64,000 nucleotides of DNA from Dehalococcoidia bacterium. Its GTDB lineage: Bacteria > Chloroflexota > Dehalococcoidia > UBA2979. Of the stretch, positions 56,090 to 64,000 are shown in pieces. Made by a program: the position numbers and the translations under genes. Position 1 is the first letter of the stretch, and the number at the start of each line of letters is the position of its first letter. The notes below the pieces were generated by a model that was not told where the DNA came from, searched no databases, and saw only the letters and a program-made list of their open reading frames with translations. Where the stretch lies: NCBI GenBank assembly GCA_964291495.2, contig OZ219871.1:576001-640000 (forward strand), in the 5' to 3' direction.

Positions 56090-56197
56090 GGAGACCTTCG
56101 CGTAACCCTCTCCTCGGGGCAGCGAGCGCATCCCCTCCGGTCCCCTCCCCAGGGGGAGGGGCCGGAGCGGGCTTGTGGGAGTTTCGCAAGGGTCTCC
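56090..56197. mobile_element. MITE, internally deleted copy (108 bp)
   Basis: GGAGACCTTCGCGTAAC...GTTTCGCAAGGGTCTCC flanked by TGC on both sides (56087-56089, 56198-56200). Confidence 0.85.
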
Positions 56198-56208
56198 TGC
56201 GCGACAGG

Positions 56209-56865
56209 CTAGTCGTTCAGGTGGTCGAGTCCGCGCCGCAGCAGCGTGAACGCCTCGTCCAGCAGGTCGGCCGGGCGGTCCACGCCCCCGGCGTAGAGCC
56301 ACCGCCTGCGCATCGCGCGAATCGAGCCGACCACGGCGCCGGCGGCCAGCTGCGCGCGGGGGTCGTCCGGCTGTAGTCCGTACTCCTCGGCGATGACCGG
56401 CGCGAGGATGTCCTCGCGCTGCGCGTCGAGGGCAGCCATGCGCGCCGACAGCGCCGGGACCTCGAGCAGGAGCCTGCCGACGCGCACGTCGTAGTGCGGG
56501 TGCTCGTAACCCATGACGCGCAGCACGTCGCGCGAAGCGCGCCGCACGCGATCGACCAGGGTCTCGCCCGGAAACCGGGTCGCCAGTGACTCGCGGTAGG
56601 TCTCCGTGAGCTCGTCGCTGTCGAAGAAGATCACGTCTTCCTTGGACCTGAAGTAGCGGAAGTAGGTGCGCTCGGAGACACCGGCCTCGCTGGCGATCTC
56701 CTCGACGGTCGTCTCGTCGTAGCCGCGCTCCGAGAAGAGGCGGATGGCCGCCCGCGCCAGCCCCTCGCGCGTCCGCAGCTTCTTCTGCTCGCGCAGCGAG
56801 GCGGGCTTCGGCGTTCGCTTCCCGCCTCTCGGCGGGTCCGCTGTCTCGAGATGAGGTGATGGCAT
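56209..56865 (-). CDS. TetR-family transcriptional regulator
   Basis: LREQKK..TR, LFSERGYDETTVEEIA..AGVSERTYFRYFRSKED. Confidence 0.92.
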   Translation of the reverse strand: MPSPHLETADPPRGGKRTPKPASLREQKKLRTREGLARAAIRLFSERGYDETTVEEIASEAGVSERTYFRYFRSKEDVIFFDSDELTETYRESLATRFPGETLVDRVRRASRDVLRVMGYEHPHYDVRVGRLLLEVPALSARMAALDAQREDILAPVIAEEYGLQPDDPRAQLAAGAVVGSIRAMRRRWLYAGGVDRPADLLDEAFTLLRRGLDHLND

Positions 56866-56906
56866 CACGCTCTCCAGGCGCGTGGCGAGGCTGCTCGCTA
56901 GAATCT

Positions 56907-56921
56907 TGTCACCCGCTGTCA
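56907..56921. promoter_or_regulatory. Candidate TetR operator TGTCA-N5-TGTCA
   Basis: About 40 nt upstream of tetR, overlapping a minus-strand TTGACA; a site of the same shape lies at 53922-53936. Confidence 0.5.
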
Positions 56922-56962
56922 AGTTTGGCAACACGCCGGGGCCGCGCGCCCGGCCCCTTCGC

Positions 56963-57023
56963 TTGACACCGGCGCCGAGGGTCGGGTACACGGTGGCGCA
57001 AGCGCGCGAGCGAGCGCTCACTC
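56963..57023 (+). promoter_or_regulatory. Sigma70 promoter TTGACA-N18-TACACG plus operator GAGCGAGCGCTCACTC
   Basis: -35 at 56963-56968, -10 at 56987-56992; palindrome 57008-57023 is identical to 53968-53983. Confidence 0.7.
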
Positions 57024-57050
57024 CTGTCGCGGCGGGTCAAGGAGGGTCCG

Positions 57051-58244
57051 ATGAGTCCGACCGGCCAGATCCTGGCTGACCTCAAGGTCATCGACCTGAC
57101 CACGAACGTGGCCGGACCGGTCGCAGCGCGCCTGTTCGGCGAGCTGGGCGCCGATGTGGTTCATGTCGAGCCGCCGCACGGAGACGACGGCCGCAACTCA
57201 ACGACGGCGTTCCTCGGACGTGAAGGCGTATTCCACTCCGTTGGGAACCGCAACAAGCGCGGCGTTGTGATCGACCTCAAGACACCACGCGGGTGCGAGG
57301 TCATGAAGAGCCTGCTCCAGCAGGCGGACTTCTTCGTCGAGAACATGACGAAGGGCACCCTCGATGACCTCGGGCTGGGCTGGGACACGCTGCACGCACT
57401 CAACCCGCGGCTGATCCAGATCTCAATCACCGGCTGGGGTCAGAGCGGCCCGCTCGCGTACGAGCCGGGGTACGACGTCCTCGTGCAGGCCTTCACGGGC
57501 GCCGTGCGGTCGGAGAACGGCGAGTTCCGCGCGCTGGGCGGGCTCCGCGGTGACCCGACGGCGCCGCTGCTGGGCGCCTTCGCCGCGATGGGCGCGCTCT
57601 ACGAGCGGGAACGAACCGGCAAAGGGGCGCTGGTCACCAGTTCCGTGCTGCAGGGCGCCGTCCACATGGCGGGCGCCGGCATGGTGATCGCGCACGACGA
57701 ACCCCCGAAGGAGGAGAACGGCCGTGGCCCGGTCGGCGGCCTCGGAGGGCTCGGCCCGTTCTGGGCAGCCGACGGGAAGGGCGTCTTCCTCTGCGCCTGG
57801 AACGACCGCCAGTTCGTCGATCTCTGCGACCTCGCGGGCTTCCCCGAGGTCGGCGCCGATCCGGCGTACGCCACCCGCTTCCTGAGGTCGGGAGAGAGCG
57901 GCGCGAGGCTGAACGCCCTCTTCGGAGAGTGGGTCGCCTCCAAGAATCGCGACGAGATCGTCGAGGAGATGCGCGCGCGGCGCATCCCCGTCTCGCCGGT
58001 CAATCAAACCCTCGACGAGCTGCAGGACGATCCGCACATCCTCGACAACGACCTGATCACCTCGCTCGATCATCCGACGAAGGGCCGCCTGAGCATGATC
58101 GGGGCGATGTACGAGATCGACGGGGACGGCCCGCAGTACCGGCCGGCCCCGCTGCTGGGCGAGCACACGGACGACGTGCTCGGGGACTACGGCTTCTCGC
58201 CGGAGCAGATCAGCGAGTTGCGGGAGTGCGGCGCGGTCGCCTGA
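57051..58244 (+). CDS. Family III CoA-transferase
   Basis: LKVIDL..VAGP, LGADVVHVEPP, NRNKR, EN, GWGQSGP, GYD, APLLGEHT. Confidence 0.92.
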   Translation: MSPTGQILADLKVIDLTTNVAGPVAARLFGELGADVVHVEPPHGDDGRNSTTAFLGREGVFHSVGNRNKRGVVIDLKTPRGCEVMKSLLQQADFFVENMTKGTLDDLGLGWDTLHALNPRLIQISITGWGQSGPLAYEPGYDVLVQAFTGAVRSENGEFRALGGLRGDPTAPLLGAFAAMGALYERERTGKGALVTSSVLQGAVHMAGAGMVIAHDEPPKEENGRGPVGGLGGLGPFWAADGKGVFLCAWNDRQFVDLCDLAGFPEVGADPAYATRFLRSGESGARLNALFGEWVASKNRDEIVEEMRARRIPVSPVNQTLDELQDDPHILDNDLITSLDHPTKGRLSMIGAMYEIDGDGPQYRPAPLLGEHTDDVLGDYGFSPEQISELRECGAVA

Positions 58245-58331
58245 GCGAGCGCGCCCGGCGTGCAGCCCGGACCGTTCGTAGCCGGCCTGTGATGCCCGGC
58301 CTCGCCCGTGACCGGACCTGGAGTGGCGACG

Positions 58332-60092
58332 ATGCCCGAGGTTGAGCCCGCGCGGCCGCGGCGACCGCGCCGCGTGCTCGTCGAGAAGAGCGTCACGGTC
58401 CCGCTCCGCGACGGGGTCAGAACCTACGGAGACCTCTACCGTCCCCTCGGGATCGGGCCCGTGCCGGCAGTGGTCTCTCGCACTCCGTACAACAAGGAGG
58501 TCGCCGGCCAGGGCGGTGGCGGCCTCTCCCCCCTCAAGTCCGCGGAACGTGGCTACGCGGTGCTCGTCGTCGACACGCGGGGTCGCGCCTCCTCGGAGGG
58601 CGAGTTCCGTCCGTTCGAGACCGAAGGCCCGGACGGCTACGACACGGTGGAGTGGGCGGCGGCGCAGCCATGGTGCGACGGGAACGTCGCGCTCCACGGC
58701 GGCTCCTACGGGGGTGTGACCGCCCTGCTGGGCGCGCGCGAGCGGCCACCCTCGCTTCGCTGCGTGGTCGCGACCAGCACCGGCGACGACTACTACGACG
58801 GCTGGATCTTCAGCGGCGGAGCCTTCCAGCTCGGGTTCGCGGCCACCTGGACGATGACCCTCGCCTCGACGAGCCTGATCCTGCGACCCGACTACGCTCG
58901 GCAGGTGACCGCCGAGCAGCAGGCGGAGCTGCGCCGCACCATCGCCGCCGGCCTCGAACCGCTGTGGACGCGGCCGCTCTCGGCGCTGGCGGGCATCTCG
59001 GCCGCGAACGTCGCGCCGTGGTGGGCGAGCTGGCTGGAGCACGAGCGGCGCGACGGCTACTGGGCGGACCTGAGCCCCAGCGGGCACTACGACTCGTTCG
59101 AGGTGCCCGTCCTGCACGTCGGCGGCTGGTTCGACGTCTTCGGAACGGGTGCGGTGCGGAACTACCAGGGCATCAGCGCCGCCGGCCGGACCGATCAGCT
59201 GCTGGTGGTCGGTCCCTGGGCGCACACCGAGTCCGGTCCCGCCCTGGGGGAGATGACGTTCGGACGCTCCGGAGCGCGAGAGGCGGCCGACATCGTCGGC
59301 GAGACCAACCGCTTCCTCGAGCGGCACCTGCGGCCGGGCAGGGAGGCCGCCCCCGCGAACGCCACCCCGGTGCGCTACTTCCTCATGGGCGCGAACGAGT
59401 GGCGGCTGGACAGCTCGTGGCCGCCCGCCGAGGCGCGCCCGAGGCGGCTCTACCTCGCGAGCGGCGGGAAGGCCAACACCCTGCACGGCGACGGCGCCCT
59501 GGTCGAGGCACCCCCAACAGAGGGGGCGGCCTCCGATCGCTACGTCTACGACCCGGACCAGCCCGTCGAGACCCACGGCGGCCCGATCGTCCACATGGCG
59601 ATCGGGCCGGCGGGCCCGCGCGATCAGCGTGAGATCGAGGCACGGGACGATGTGCTGTGCTACACGACGGCGCCGCTGGAGCAGCCCGTGACGATCGCGG
59701 GCCTCGTCCGCGCCAGCCTCTGGGCGGTGTCGGACTGCCCGGACACCGACTGGACGGCGAAGCTGGTCGAGGTGCTGCCGGACGGGCGCGCGGTAGGCAT
59801 CTGCGACGGGGTGATCCGCGCGCGCTTCCGGAACTCGCTGGAGGAGCCGCAGTTGCTCGAGCCGGGCAGGCCCGAGCGGTACGAGATCACGCTCGGCCAT
59901 CTGGCGCACCGCTTCGCGGCCGGTCATCGGGTGCGCCTCGAGATCTCAAGCTCGAACTTTCCGCGATTCGATCGGAACCCGAACACCGGCGAGCCGCTGG
60001 GCAGCGCCTCGACGGCGAGGATCGCCACGCAACACGTGCTCCACGACGAGTCGCACCACTCGTACCTCGAGTTCGACGCGCTGGCGGAGTAG
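58332..60092 (+). CDS. CocE/NonD family serine hydrolase
   Basis: RDG, RTPY, DTRG..SEG, DGYDTVEW, GGSYGG, GWFD, GPWAH, SSNFPRFDRNPNTG. Confidence 0.93.
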   Translation: MPEVEPARPRRPRRVLVEKSVTVPLRDGVRTYGDLYRPLGIGPVPAVVSRTPYNKEVAGQGGGGLSPLKSAERGYAVLVVDTRGRASSEGEFRPFETEGPDGYDTVEWAAAQPWCDGNVALHGGSYGGVTALLGARERPPSLRCVVATSTGDDYYDGWIFSGGAFQLGFAATWTMTLASTSLILRPDYARQVTAEQQAELRRTIAAGLEPLWTRPLSALAGISAANVAPWWASWLEHERRDGYWADLSPSGHYDSFEVPVLHVGGWFDVFGTGAVRNYQGISAAGRTDQLLVVGPWAHTESGPALGEMTFGRSGAREAADIVGETNRFLERHLRPGREAAPANATPVRYFLMGANEWRLDSSWPPAEARPRRLYLASGGKANTLHGDGALVEAPPTEGAASDRYVYDPDQPVETHGGPIVHMAIGPAGPRDQREIEARDDVLCYTTAPLEQPVTIAGLVRASLWAVSDCPDTDWTAKLVEVLPDGRAVGICDGVIRARFRNSLEEPQLLEPGRPERYEITLGHLAHRFAAGHRVRLEISSSNFPRFDRNPNTGEPLGSASTARIATQHVLHDESHHSYLEFDALAE

Positions 60093-60120
60093 CCACAGGC
60101 GGTCCTTTGCCTGTCGTTCG

Positions 60121-60184
60121 TTGACAGGGGAATCACGCCTTTGGTATCAAGAGGCCCCTCCCGCGAGCGAGCGAGTGCTCGCTT
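60121..60184 (+). promoter_or_regulatory. Sigma70 promoter TTGACA-N18-TATCAA plus operator GAGCGAGTGCTCGCTT
   Basis: -35 at 60121-60126, -10 at 60145-60150, palindrome variant at 60169-60184. Confidence 0.65.
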
Positions 60185-60289
60185 GTGCCGCATTCGGGAG
60201 CGGGACCACAGGCGCCGGGGAGAGCCGGACGAGCCAGCGGCACGGTGCGCCCACGCACTCACCCGGGATACGAACCGAAAGGACCCAGC

Positions 60290-61048
60290 ATGGCAGAGCG
60301 AGAGCCCCTCGACGTTATTGACGCGATCTTCTCGACCCCGGCAATGCGCTACCTGAAGACCGATCCGATCCCCGACGAGATCATCTGGGCGATCCTCGAC
60401 GCTGCGATCCGGGCTCCCAGCGGGACGAACACCCAGCGCTGGGGCTGGATGGTCGTCCGCGACCAGGAGACGAAGAACGAGATCGCGAAGATCTACCGGG
60501 ACACCTGGGCCCGCGCGAACCGCATCGTGGGTCATGGCCCCGAGCGAACTCGCGACGAGGAGTTCACGGCGAACAAGAAGGTGGAGTTCGGCGCCGCGAA
60601 CTACAACTCCGTCGAGCACCTCGCCGACCACTTCGAGTACGCGCCGGTGCTGATTGTCCCCTTCATGATCCAGAGCGGGCTGCGACCGGGCGACGACCCC
60701 GACGCGGACCCCGTGGTCAGGCCGTTCCAGGGCAGTCCGCTCATGGGCGGCTCGATCTACCAGGCCGTCCAGAACATGCAGCTCGCGGCGCGCGCCTACG
60801 GCATCGGGAGCACCTACACGAGCGTGGCGAACACCGAGGAACACGAGCCGCGGATGAAGGAGTTGCTGGGGTTGCCCGTCAACACCCGCACGATGTGCAT
60901 CATCCCGCTCGGGTACCCGCTCGACGTCGATGAGCTGGCCGAGGTCGGCGCGAGCCCGGCCCGCGCCCGCTTCTTCAGGCCGAACCGCATCCCTGTCGAC
61001 GAGGTGACGCACTGGGATCGGTTCGGAGAGCAGATGGACCGCGAGTAG
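60290..61048 (+). CDS. Nitroreductase family flavoprotein, copy 1
   Basis: AMRYLK.DPIP, AIRAPSGTNTQRW, SIYQAVQNMQLAARA.G.G, IPLGYP. Confidence 0.9.
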   Translation: MAEREPLDVIDAIFSTPAMRYLKTDPIPDEIIWAILDAAIRAPSGTNTQRWGWMVVRDQETKNEIAKIYRDTWARANRIVGHGPERTRDEEFTANKKVEFGAANYNSVEHLADHFEYAPVLIVPFMIQSGLRPGDDPDADPVVRPFQGSPLMGGSIYQAVQNMQLAARAYGIGSTYTSVANTEEHEPRMKELLGLPVNTRTMCIIPLGYPLDVDELAEVGASPARARFFRPNRIPVDEVTHWDRFGEQMDRE

Positions 61049-61214
61049 GCGGGATTCCCGGCGCGGACTGCGGCCGGCTTGCGGCCCCCGGCCGTGAGCG
61101 AACCGCGGTCCGCCCGTCATCGCCCACGGGCGCGCCGGCGCGCCGCAGCCCGTCGTGGGTCAGCCCGTTGAACATGCCGGGCTGCCCCGCGACGGGGGGA
61201 GCAAGGACATTCGC

Positions 61215-61910
61215 ATGGTGGACAGGGAGCCCCTCGACGTTCTCGAGGCGATTCACTCGACTCGCTCAATCCGGTTCCTCAAGCCGGACCCGATCCCGGA
61301 CGAGGTGATCTGGGCGATCCTCGATGCCGCGATCCGCGGGCCGAACGGGTCCAACATGCAGCGCTGGGGCTGGATCGTCGTCACGGATCCGGAGAAGAAG
61401 AAGAAGCTCGCGGACTTCTACCGGGACGGCTGGAACCTCGCGAATCGCGTCGACAAGCGAAGCCGCGAGGAGCGGTTCGCAATCGCGAGCACGAACCAGC
61501 TCGGTTACCAGGGCTACCTCGGTGTCGAGTACCTCGCCGACCACCTCGAGGACGCTCCGGTGTTCATCATTCCGGTGACGATCGGGGCGCGACCCAGCCT
61601 GCGGTCGGGGTCTTCGATTTACGGGGCCGTCCAGAACCTGCAACTCGCGGCGCGGGCGTTCGGCATCGGCACGACGTTCACGTCCGCACACGCGATCGAA
61701 GACCATGCCGAGGAGACGAGGGAGTTGCTCGGCCTGCCGGAGAACGCCGTCGACATGTGCCTGATTCCGCTCGGCTATCCGATGAGCGAAGAGGAGCTGG
61801 CGGCGGTGGGCGCGAGCCCGAACCAGGGCCGGTTCGGTGTCCCACGCCGCGTGCCGGTCGAGCAGGTGACGTACTGGGATTCCTGGGGCGAGCAGAAGGC
61901 GCGGACATGA
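61215..61910 (+). CDS. Nitroreductase family flavoprotein, copy 2
   Basis: TRSIR.LKPDPIP, RGPNGSNMQRW, SIYGAVQNLQLAARA, IPLGYP. Confidence 0.9.
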   Translation: MVDREPLDVLEAIHSTRSIRFLKPDPIPDEVIWAILDAAIRGPNGSNMQRWGWIVVTDPEKKKKLADFYRDGWNLANRVDKRSREERFAIASTNQLGYQGYLGVEYLADHLEDAPVFIIPVTIGARPSLRSGSSIYGAVQNLQLAARAFGIGTTFTSAHAIEDHAEETRELLGLPENAVDMCLIPLGYPMSEEELAAVGASPNQGRFGVPRRVPVEQVTYWDSWGEQKART

Positions 61911-62074
61911 GCTACTCATTCGCCTGCGGTGACACGGGGCTGATCTGCGACGGCGAGTTCAGCGCCGACACCGAAGCTGAACTCCTGCAGCAGATCGATG
62001 AGCACTACCGGGTCGCCCACCTCGGCGCCAGGCCGATGGAGTACCGACTGAGGCAGCTGATCAAGTCGGAGTAG
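61907..62074 (+). CDS. DUF1059-like small Cys/His protein (55 aa)
   Basis: MSYSFACGDTGLICDGEFSADTEAELLQQIDEHYRVAH; ATGA overlap with the upstream gene. Confidence 0.75.
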   Translation: MSYSFACGDTGLICDGEFSADTEAELLQQIDEHYRVAHLGARPMEYRLRQLIKSE

Positions 62075-62109
62075 CGCGCCAGACCGCCCGGGCCAACGCG
62101 CGTCCGGGG

Positions 62110-62661
62110 TCAGTCGAGCAGCCCCATGTCCCGCAACTCGGAGAGGCCCGCGAGGACCTCGGCGTGTCGCACCCACCCCCGCAACATCTCGGGCGTCGTC
62201 CCGAACTCCGGGGCGATCGCGACGATCGCCGCCCACTGCGACTGGCGCCGCGGCTCCTGATCGAAGACCTCACGGACGGCCTGCTCGCGAGTCTCCGCCG
62301 GGTAGCTGCGTCCTCGCGTCACCGCACCATCCTCGAGGTCAGTCCGCTCGATGTGGATGAAGTCGAAGCCGGCGCTCGAGGCGGTCCAGCGGTCGACGGG
62401 CGAGTCGCCGATGTGCAGGTAGTGAGCGGCGCGGAACGTCTCGCGCAGCGACTCCAGGTGCTGTTTGAGCACGGCGAAGTGCACCGGCACCCCGTGCCGC
62501 CTCCAGAGCTCCTGCTGCGAGTGGAGCGGGCGGTCGGAGCAGCTGCCGACGACGAAGCCCAGGCGGAGGGCGCGGCGTACCGCCTCCAGCGGGAGCAGTC
62601 CCGGAGGATCGCCGATCTCGAGCGTGCCATCGATGTCGAAGCTGATCAGCCGAGCCGTCAT
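62110..62661 (-). CDS. Minimal HAD hydrolase fused to an IS3-family OrfA HTH remnant
   Basis: Residues 1-113 are paralogous to 5699-6058; then YPAETREQAVREV...SQWAAIVAIAPEFGTTPEMLRGWVRHAE. Confidence 0.8.
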   Translation of the reverse strand: MTARLISFDIDGTLEIGDPPGLLPLEAVRRALRLGFVVGSCSDRPLHSQQELWRRHGVPVHFAVLKQHLESLRETFRAAHYLHIGDSPVDRWTASSAGFDFIHIERTDLEDGAVTRGRSYPAETREQAVREVFDQEPRRQSQWAAIVAIAPEFGTTPEMLRGWVRHAEVLAGLSELRDMGLLD

Positions 62662-62755
62662 GCCCGAGGTTCCCGCCCGCGCAAGTCTTCACCATCGCTC
62701 GCGGGCGTCGCAAGCCCGAGGCGCCGGCCGCTTGCACCGCTGATGCAGGGCCAGC

Positions 62756-62952
62756 GGAGACCTTCGCGCAACCCTCTCCTCGGGGCAGCGAGCGCATCCC
62801 CTCCGGTCCCCTCTCCCCGAGGGAGAGGGTCAGGGTGAGGGAGGATCCGACCTCTGGAGTTTCGTTGCGCCGTCGGTACTTTCGAAGGGGCGCGGGAGTC
62901 CTCCCCCTCACCCCCGCCCTCTCCCCAGGGAGAGGGGGCCGGATCGGCCTTG
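62756..62952. mobile_element. MITE copy lacking the right terminal inverted repeat
   Basis: Near-identical to 23811-24006; similarity ends after GGATCGGCCTTG. Confidence 0.82.
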
Positions 62953-62965
62953 CGCATGCTCGGAG

Positions 62966-64000
62966 TCACGAGGGCAGGAGGTGGAGCCGCAGCGCGGACG
63001 GGTGCTCTCGGTCGTGCAGCACCTCCTGGATGGCGACGCGGCTCTCGGTCTCGGTCGCCACGGGCCGGCCCGTGTTCGGATTGGGGTCGAACTTGGGGAA
63101 GTTCGAGCTCGACACCTCGAGGCGAACCCGATGGCCTGCCTCGAAGCGGCACGCCGTGTGGCCGAGGTCGATCGAGTAGCGCGTCGGGCGGCCCGGCTGC
63201 AGCGGGCGAGGGTCGGCGAGCGAGTCCCGGTAGCGCGCGCGGATGATGCCGTCGCAGAGCAGCACCGCGCGCCCGTCCGGGTGCACGTCGACGAGCTTGC
63301 CCGTCCAGTCGGTGTCCTCGGCATCAGTGCTCGCCCAGAGCTCGAGCGTCACGGGACCGGCGACCACGAGCGGCTCGTCGAGGGGCGGCGTCGTATAGCA
63401 GAGCACGTCGTCGCGCGCCTCGACAGTGCGTTGGTCGCGCGGGCCGGCCGGGTCCGTCGTCGGCGCCGGCCGCTCCGGGTCGTAGAGATAGCGGTCGGCG
63501 CGTTCCCCGGATGCGGGTGGCTCTTCCGCGAGGAGCCCGTCGCCGCGGTCGCTGTTCGCGCGTCCGTTGCTGTGGAGATAGAGCGCACGCGGCTCGGACT
63601 CCGGCGGTGGCCAGTCGTCCGCGTCGCACCAGCGGTTGGCGCCCAGCAGGAAGTAGCGGACGCGCGGGAGCCGCGGATCGCCGCCTCGCAGGTGCTGGTC
63701 GATGAAGCGGTTGAAGGCGGCGACCACGCCGGCGCCCGCGGCCGAGCCCGCCGGTCCGAAGTCCAGCTCTGCGAAGTACCGGTCGTAGTGCGTGTGCGCC
63801 CAGGGGCCGATCCAGAGGTGCTGCGCGGCGCGCTGCTGAGCGGACAGCGCCCGGAAGTTCCGCATCGTGCCGTGGGCGAAGAGGTCCCACCAGCCGCTGA
63901 CGTGGAACATCGGCACGTCGTAGTCCGAGTAGTCGCGCGCCGGACTGAGCCGCTGCCAGTACTCGTCGTGGCGGTCGTGCTCGAGCCAGTCGGACCACCA
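62966..64000 (-). CDS. CocE/NonD family hydrolase, C-terminal part (start lies beyond the window)
   Basis: Frame open to 64000 (WWSDWLEHDRHDEYW...); GWWD, GPWAH, DTDWTGKL, SSNFPKFDPNPNTG. Confidence 0.92.
   Translation of the reverse strand, partial: WWSDWLEHDRHDEYWQRLSPARDYSDYDVPMFHVSGWWDLFAHGTMRNFRALSAQQRAAQHLWIGPWAHTHYDRYFAELDFGPAGSAAGAGVVAAFNRFIDQHLRGGDPRLPRVRYFLLGANRWCDADDWPPPESEPRALYLHSNGRANSDRGDGLLAEEPPASGERADRYLYDPERPAPTTDPAGPRDQRTVEARDDVLCYTTPPLDEPLVVAGPVTLELWASTDAEDTDWTGKLVDVHPDGRAVLLCDGIIRARYRDSLADPRPLQPGRPTRYSIDLGHTACRFEAGHRVRLEVSSSNFPKFDPNPNTGRPVATETESRVAIQEVLHDREHPSALRLHLLPS

Overview
High-GC bacterial chromosomal segment. The gene content suggests Chloroflexota/Dehalococcoidia of the SAR202 type, probably host- or sponge-associated (inference). 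About 58 CDSs, dominated by expanded catabolic paralog families: 7 luciferase-like monooxygenases, 4 thiolase-like proteins with 2 DUF35 OB-fold partners, 4 family III CoA-transferases, 4 crotonase-family proteins, 2 CocE hydrolases and 2 nitroreductases. It also carries addAB, several lipoproteins (CotH-LTD, DUF4349, DUF3179, a 15-repeat plant-type LRR protein) and a PTER-like amidohydrolase. No rRNA, tRNA or CRISPR array was seen. Features read directly from the DNA: (i) a MITE family with GGAGACC...GGTCTCC ends and 3-bp target duplications, one copy of which rewrites a gene's C-terminus; (ii) a 49-bp duplicated gene end with only synonymous differences that brackets an acyl-CoA dehydrogenase gene; (iii) three TTGACA-N18 promoters sharing a 16-bp palindromic operator; (iv) a minimal HAD fused to an IS3 OrfA HTH; (v) an IS256 scar next to a small islet with a putative nuclease and a DUF6508 gene; (vi) a triplicated thiolase-like gene with a non-canonical active-site loop. 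Family calls come from motif recognition, not database searches.
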